From Octopus bimaculoides (taxonomy: Eukaryota), in the NCBI RefSeq assembly GCF_001194135.2, contig NC_068989.1, forward strand, positions 45,359,208 through 45,423,207: a stretch of 64,000 nt of DNA, given 5' to 3'. A program made the translations under genes and the position numbers. Positions 62,273 to 64,000 of this stretch are shown in pieces; position 1 is the stretch's first letter, and each line of letters begins with the position of its first letter. The notes below the pieces were generated by a model. It saw only the letters and a list, made by a program, of their open reading frames with translations, was not told the DNA's origin and searched no databases.

Positions 62273-63449
62273 CCCAGAAGTTTCTTTGCATAAACGAGGT
62301 GTAATTTAACGGCAATCCTATGTCTCGTAACGGGTATTGAAGCATATTATATTAACTCAAGAATGTGAATAAATTTTTGCTTGTATGGCATACATGTAAC
62401 CAGACCTGACACGAAATGCTTGTCTGCTTCTTGACTGAAGGAGAACGCATAAGAATAACGTGTTAGCTCTTACGTCAAGTTTTTTTTTTATGGTAAATTC
62501 TTTGTATTGTTATTTATGAGAGCACAGAAGTAATTAGATGTTACATAGTACATAGATTCTATATAAGTTACTACTTTTATGTAATGCACACAAAGACTTC
62601 TACCGAGTTCCACAAGTTTCAACAATGAAGGTTAATTCTTAGGATTAAGAAACCTAATTGTGAACTGGTGCATGATCTCTCATGTTAGTTGATAGTAGAT
62701 GGTTTTATTATGTATAGAAGCTTATTGTATTTTATTATTCTATACCATAATAATGAGTAGGCTTTTGTCAATATTGTTCCTCCATGCACTTTTGTTGATA
62801 TATGCTTTGGTGATATATGCATTGCTTTGTTTGTTTAGGCGTCTGATGCGACTCACTAATAATGTCTTCTTCATATTTTGACAAAAAGCGAATTCTGTTT
62901 TCAGCTTATCAGCTTAGAAGATACAAGAACTAACATTAGTTATGAAAACGGAAAATATTTCTTAGTCCGAAGAGAACGGAACGTGTTTATGATTTATTTA
63001 CGACTCTGCTACACCTGCGAGATCGATACTGCTGATATTGATTTTATATATCTAAAGATCAACGTCTGCTGGTGAAACAAAATAATATTAAAAAAAAATA
63101 AAGAAAAACAAAAGAAAGAAACTTAGTACATAGGACGTTCCAGTGATTTGTATTTCTGGGGATGATAGATAGAGTGACATGAGAAAAATAGGATAGGTGA
63201 AACTCTATACTATCGACTGGAGGGATAAAGACAGATATGAGGTATAGACGTGTAGCTACCACATTTCTGATATCGTTGTAGTGACGGTGAAAGAAGCAGC
63301 TGTACTTAAGAAAATGTAGACATAAGTGTAAACGTACCGCAAGTGGAATTTTTCTGCCAGCTAAATAGACTTTCTGTGTTAAAGTGTAGCAGTAATTTTT
63401 TTCTAAGAGTTAAAAGGACCCGACTAAGTAAAAAGTATCTTATATAGGT

Positions 63450-63614
63450 TTGGCTTAGTGGGTGTGTAGTAAAAGGCATGTTTCCCAACTACATGGTTTC
63501 AGATTCAGTTTCACGGCATGGAAACGTTGGCAAGTATCTCCTACTCTATCATATCTTCGGATGAACAGAATCCTAGTGAGTGGATTCGGTAGACTGAAAC
63601 TGAAAGAAGCCCGT

Positions 63615-63617
<3 letters not shown>
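63450..63617 (+). mobile_element. SINE family A head, diverged
   Basis: tttcccaactacatggtttcagattcag..ggcaagtatctcctact..gtgagtggattcggtagactgaaactgaaagaagcccgtc. Confidence 0.8.
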
Positions 63618-63652
<35 letters not shown>

Positions 63653-63686
63653 TANNNNNNNNNNNNNNNNNNNNNNNNNNNNNNNN

Positions 63687-63719
<33 letters not shown>

Positions 63720-63725
63720 CACACA

Positions 63726-64000
63726 CAGAGTAGTGTGAATAAACTCCTCTAAACTACGCAAAAATCAAAATAACATTGACATCTCATTTTAACAGATATA
63801 TTTACCAAAATTACATAAAAATATCTTGAAATATTAAATAGTAAATATATTTAATAAAATTGCCATTCGCTTCAACCACGGCTTCAAGACAACTCCGGAA
63901 TCTCCTGTAACTCTTTTGGACAGTCTGCTTGTTTAAGTTGGTGAATGCTGCCATAATCCTTGCTTTTAGTTCATCTTTGGTGTTACAAGGAGTTTTGTTG
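63726..64000 (-). mobile_element. 3' end of a Tc1/mariner-superfamily transposon (runs off the window)
   Basis: Minus translation NKTPCNTKDELKARIMAAFTNLNKQTVQKSYRRFRSCLEAVVEANGNF is a typical Tc1/mariner C-terminus (L...I..AW..L.......C..F..RL.AV....G..F). Confidence 0.85.

Larger units (their letters stand above)
1395..63686. other. 14 assembly gaps (N runs)
   Basis: 1395-1494, 3109-3907, 4730-4816, 7878-8243, 11229-11238, 15040-15742, 16078-16177, 18011-18294, 19200-19326, 30976-31131, 36028-36774, 39132-39314, 54030-54259, 63655-63686; nearly all border microsatellites. Confidence 0.98.

Noticed and set aside
1115-63617. SINE heads as tRNA genes
   Set aside because: A/B-box-like motifs are present but there is no complete cloverleaf, and each runs into a SINE core and tail
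95-63761. Most ORF-track entries (YI, HT, CV, RE, poly-I/L/N and X-filled ORFs)
   Set aside because: They are translations of di- and trinucleotide microsatellites or N gaps, which lack stop codons by construction

Overview
Eukaryotic, AT-rich, repeat-dense DNA with 14 N-gaps. The SINE families and microsatellite load resemble an Octopus (coleoid cephalopod) genome; this is pattern recognition, not a search result. I find no intact protein-coding gene, rRNA, tRNA gene or CRISPR array. Almost all ORF-track entries are microsatellite or gap artefacts. The window is intergenic or intronic and is built from: (i) about 25 tRNA-derived SINE copies of three families; (ii) a full-length, dead cecropia-type (Hsmar1-like) mariner, two mariner MITEs and a Tc1/mariner C-terminal fragment; (iii) decayed non-LTR retrotransposons (R4/Dong RT, a CR1-type RT piece, an ORF1 zinc-knuckle remnant); (iv) Penelope-like elements (PLEs) with GIY-YIG remnants; (v) several inverted-plus-direct repeat structures. 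The best non-obvious signal is a type I hammerhead ribozyme with a complete catalytic core at 1541-1646 (minus strand), about 400 nt downstream of a dead PLE endonuclease. A second, degenerate hammerhead sits in a circularly permuted ~190-nt unit (retrozyme-like) at 57.6-58.9 kb. A possible SINE-derived start-codon micro-exon (MGCSQT) lies at 40682-40704. Coordinates were counted by hand; repeat edges are approximate to about 10 bp.
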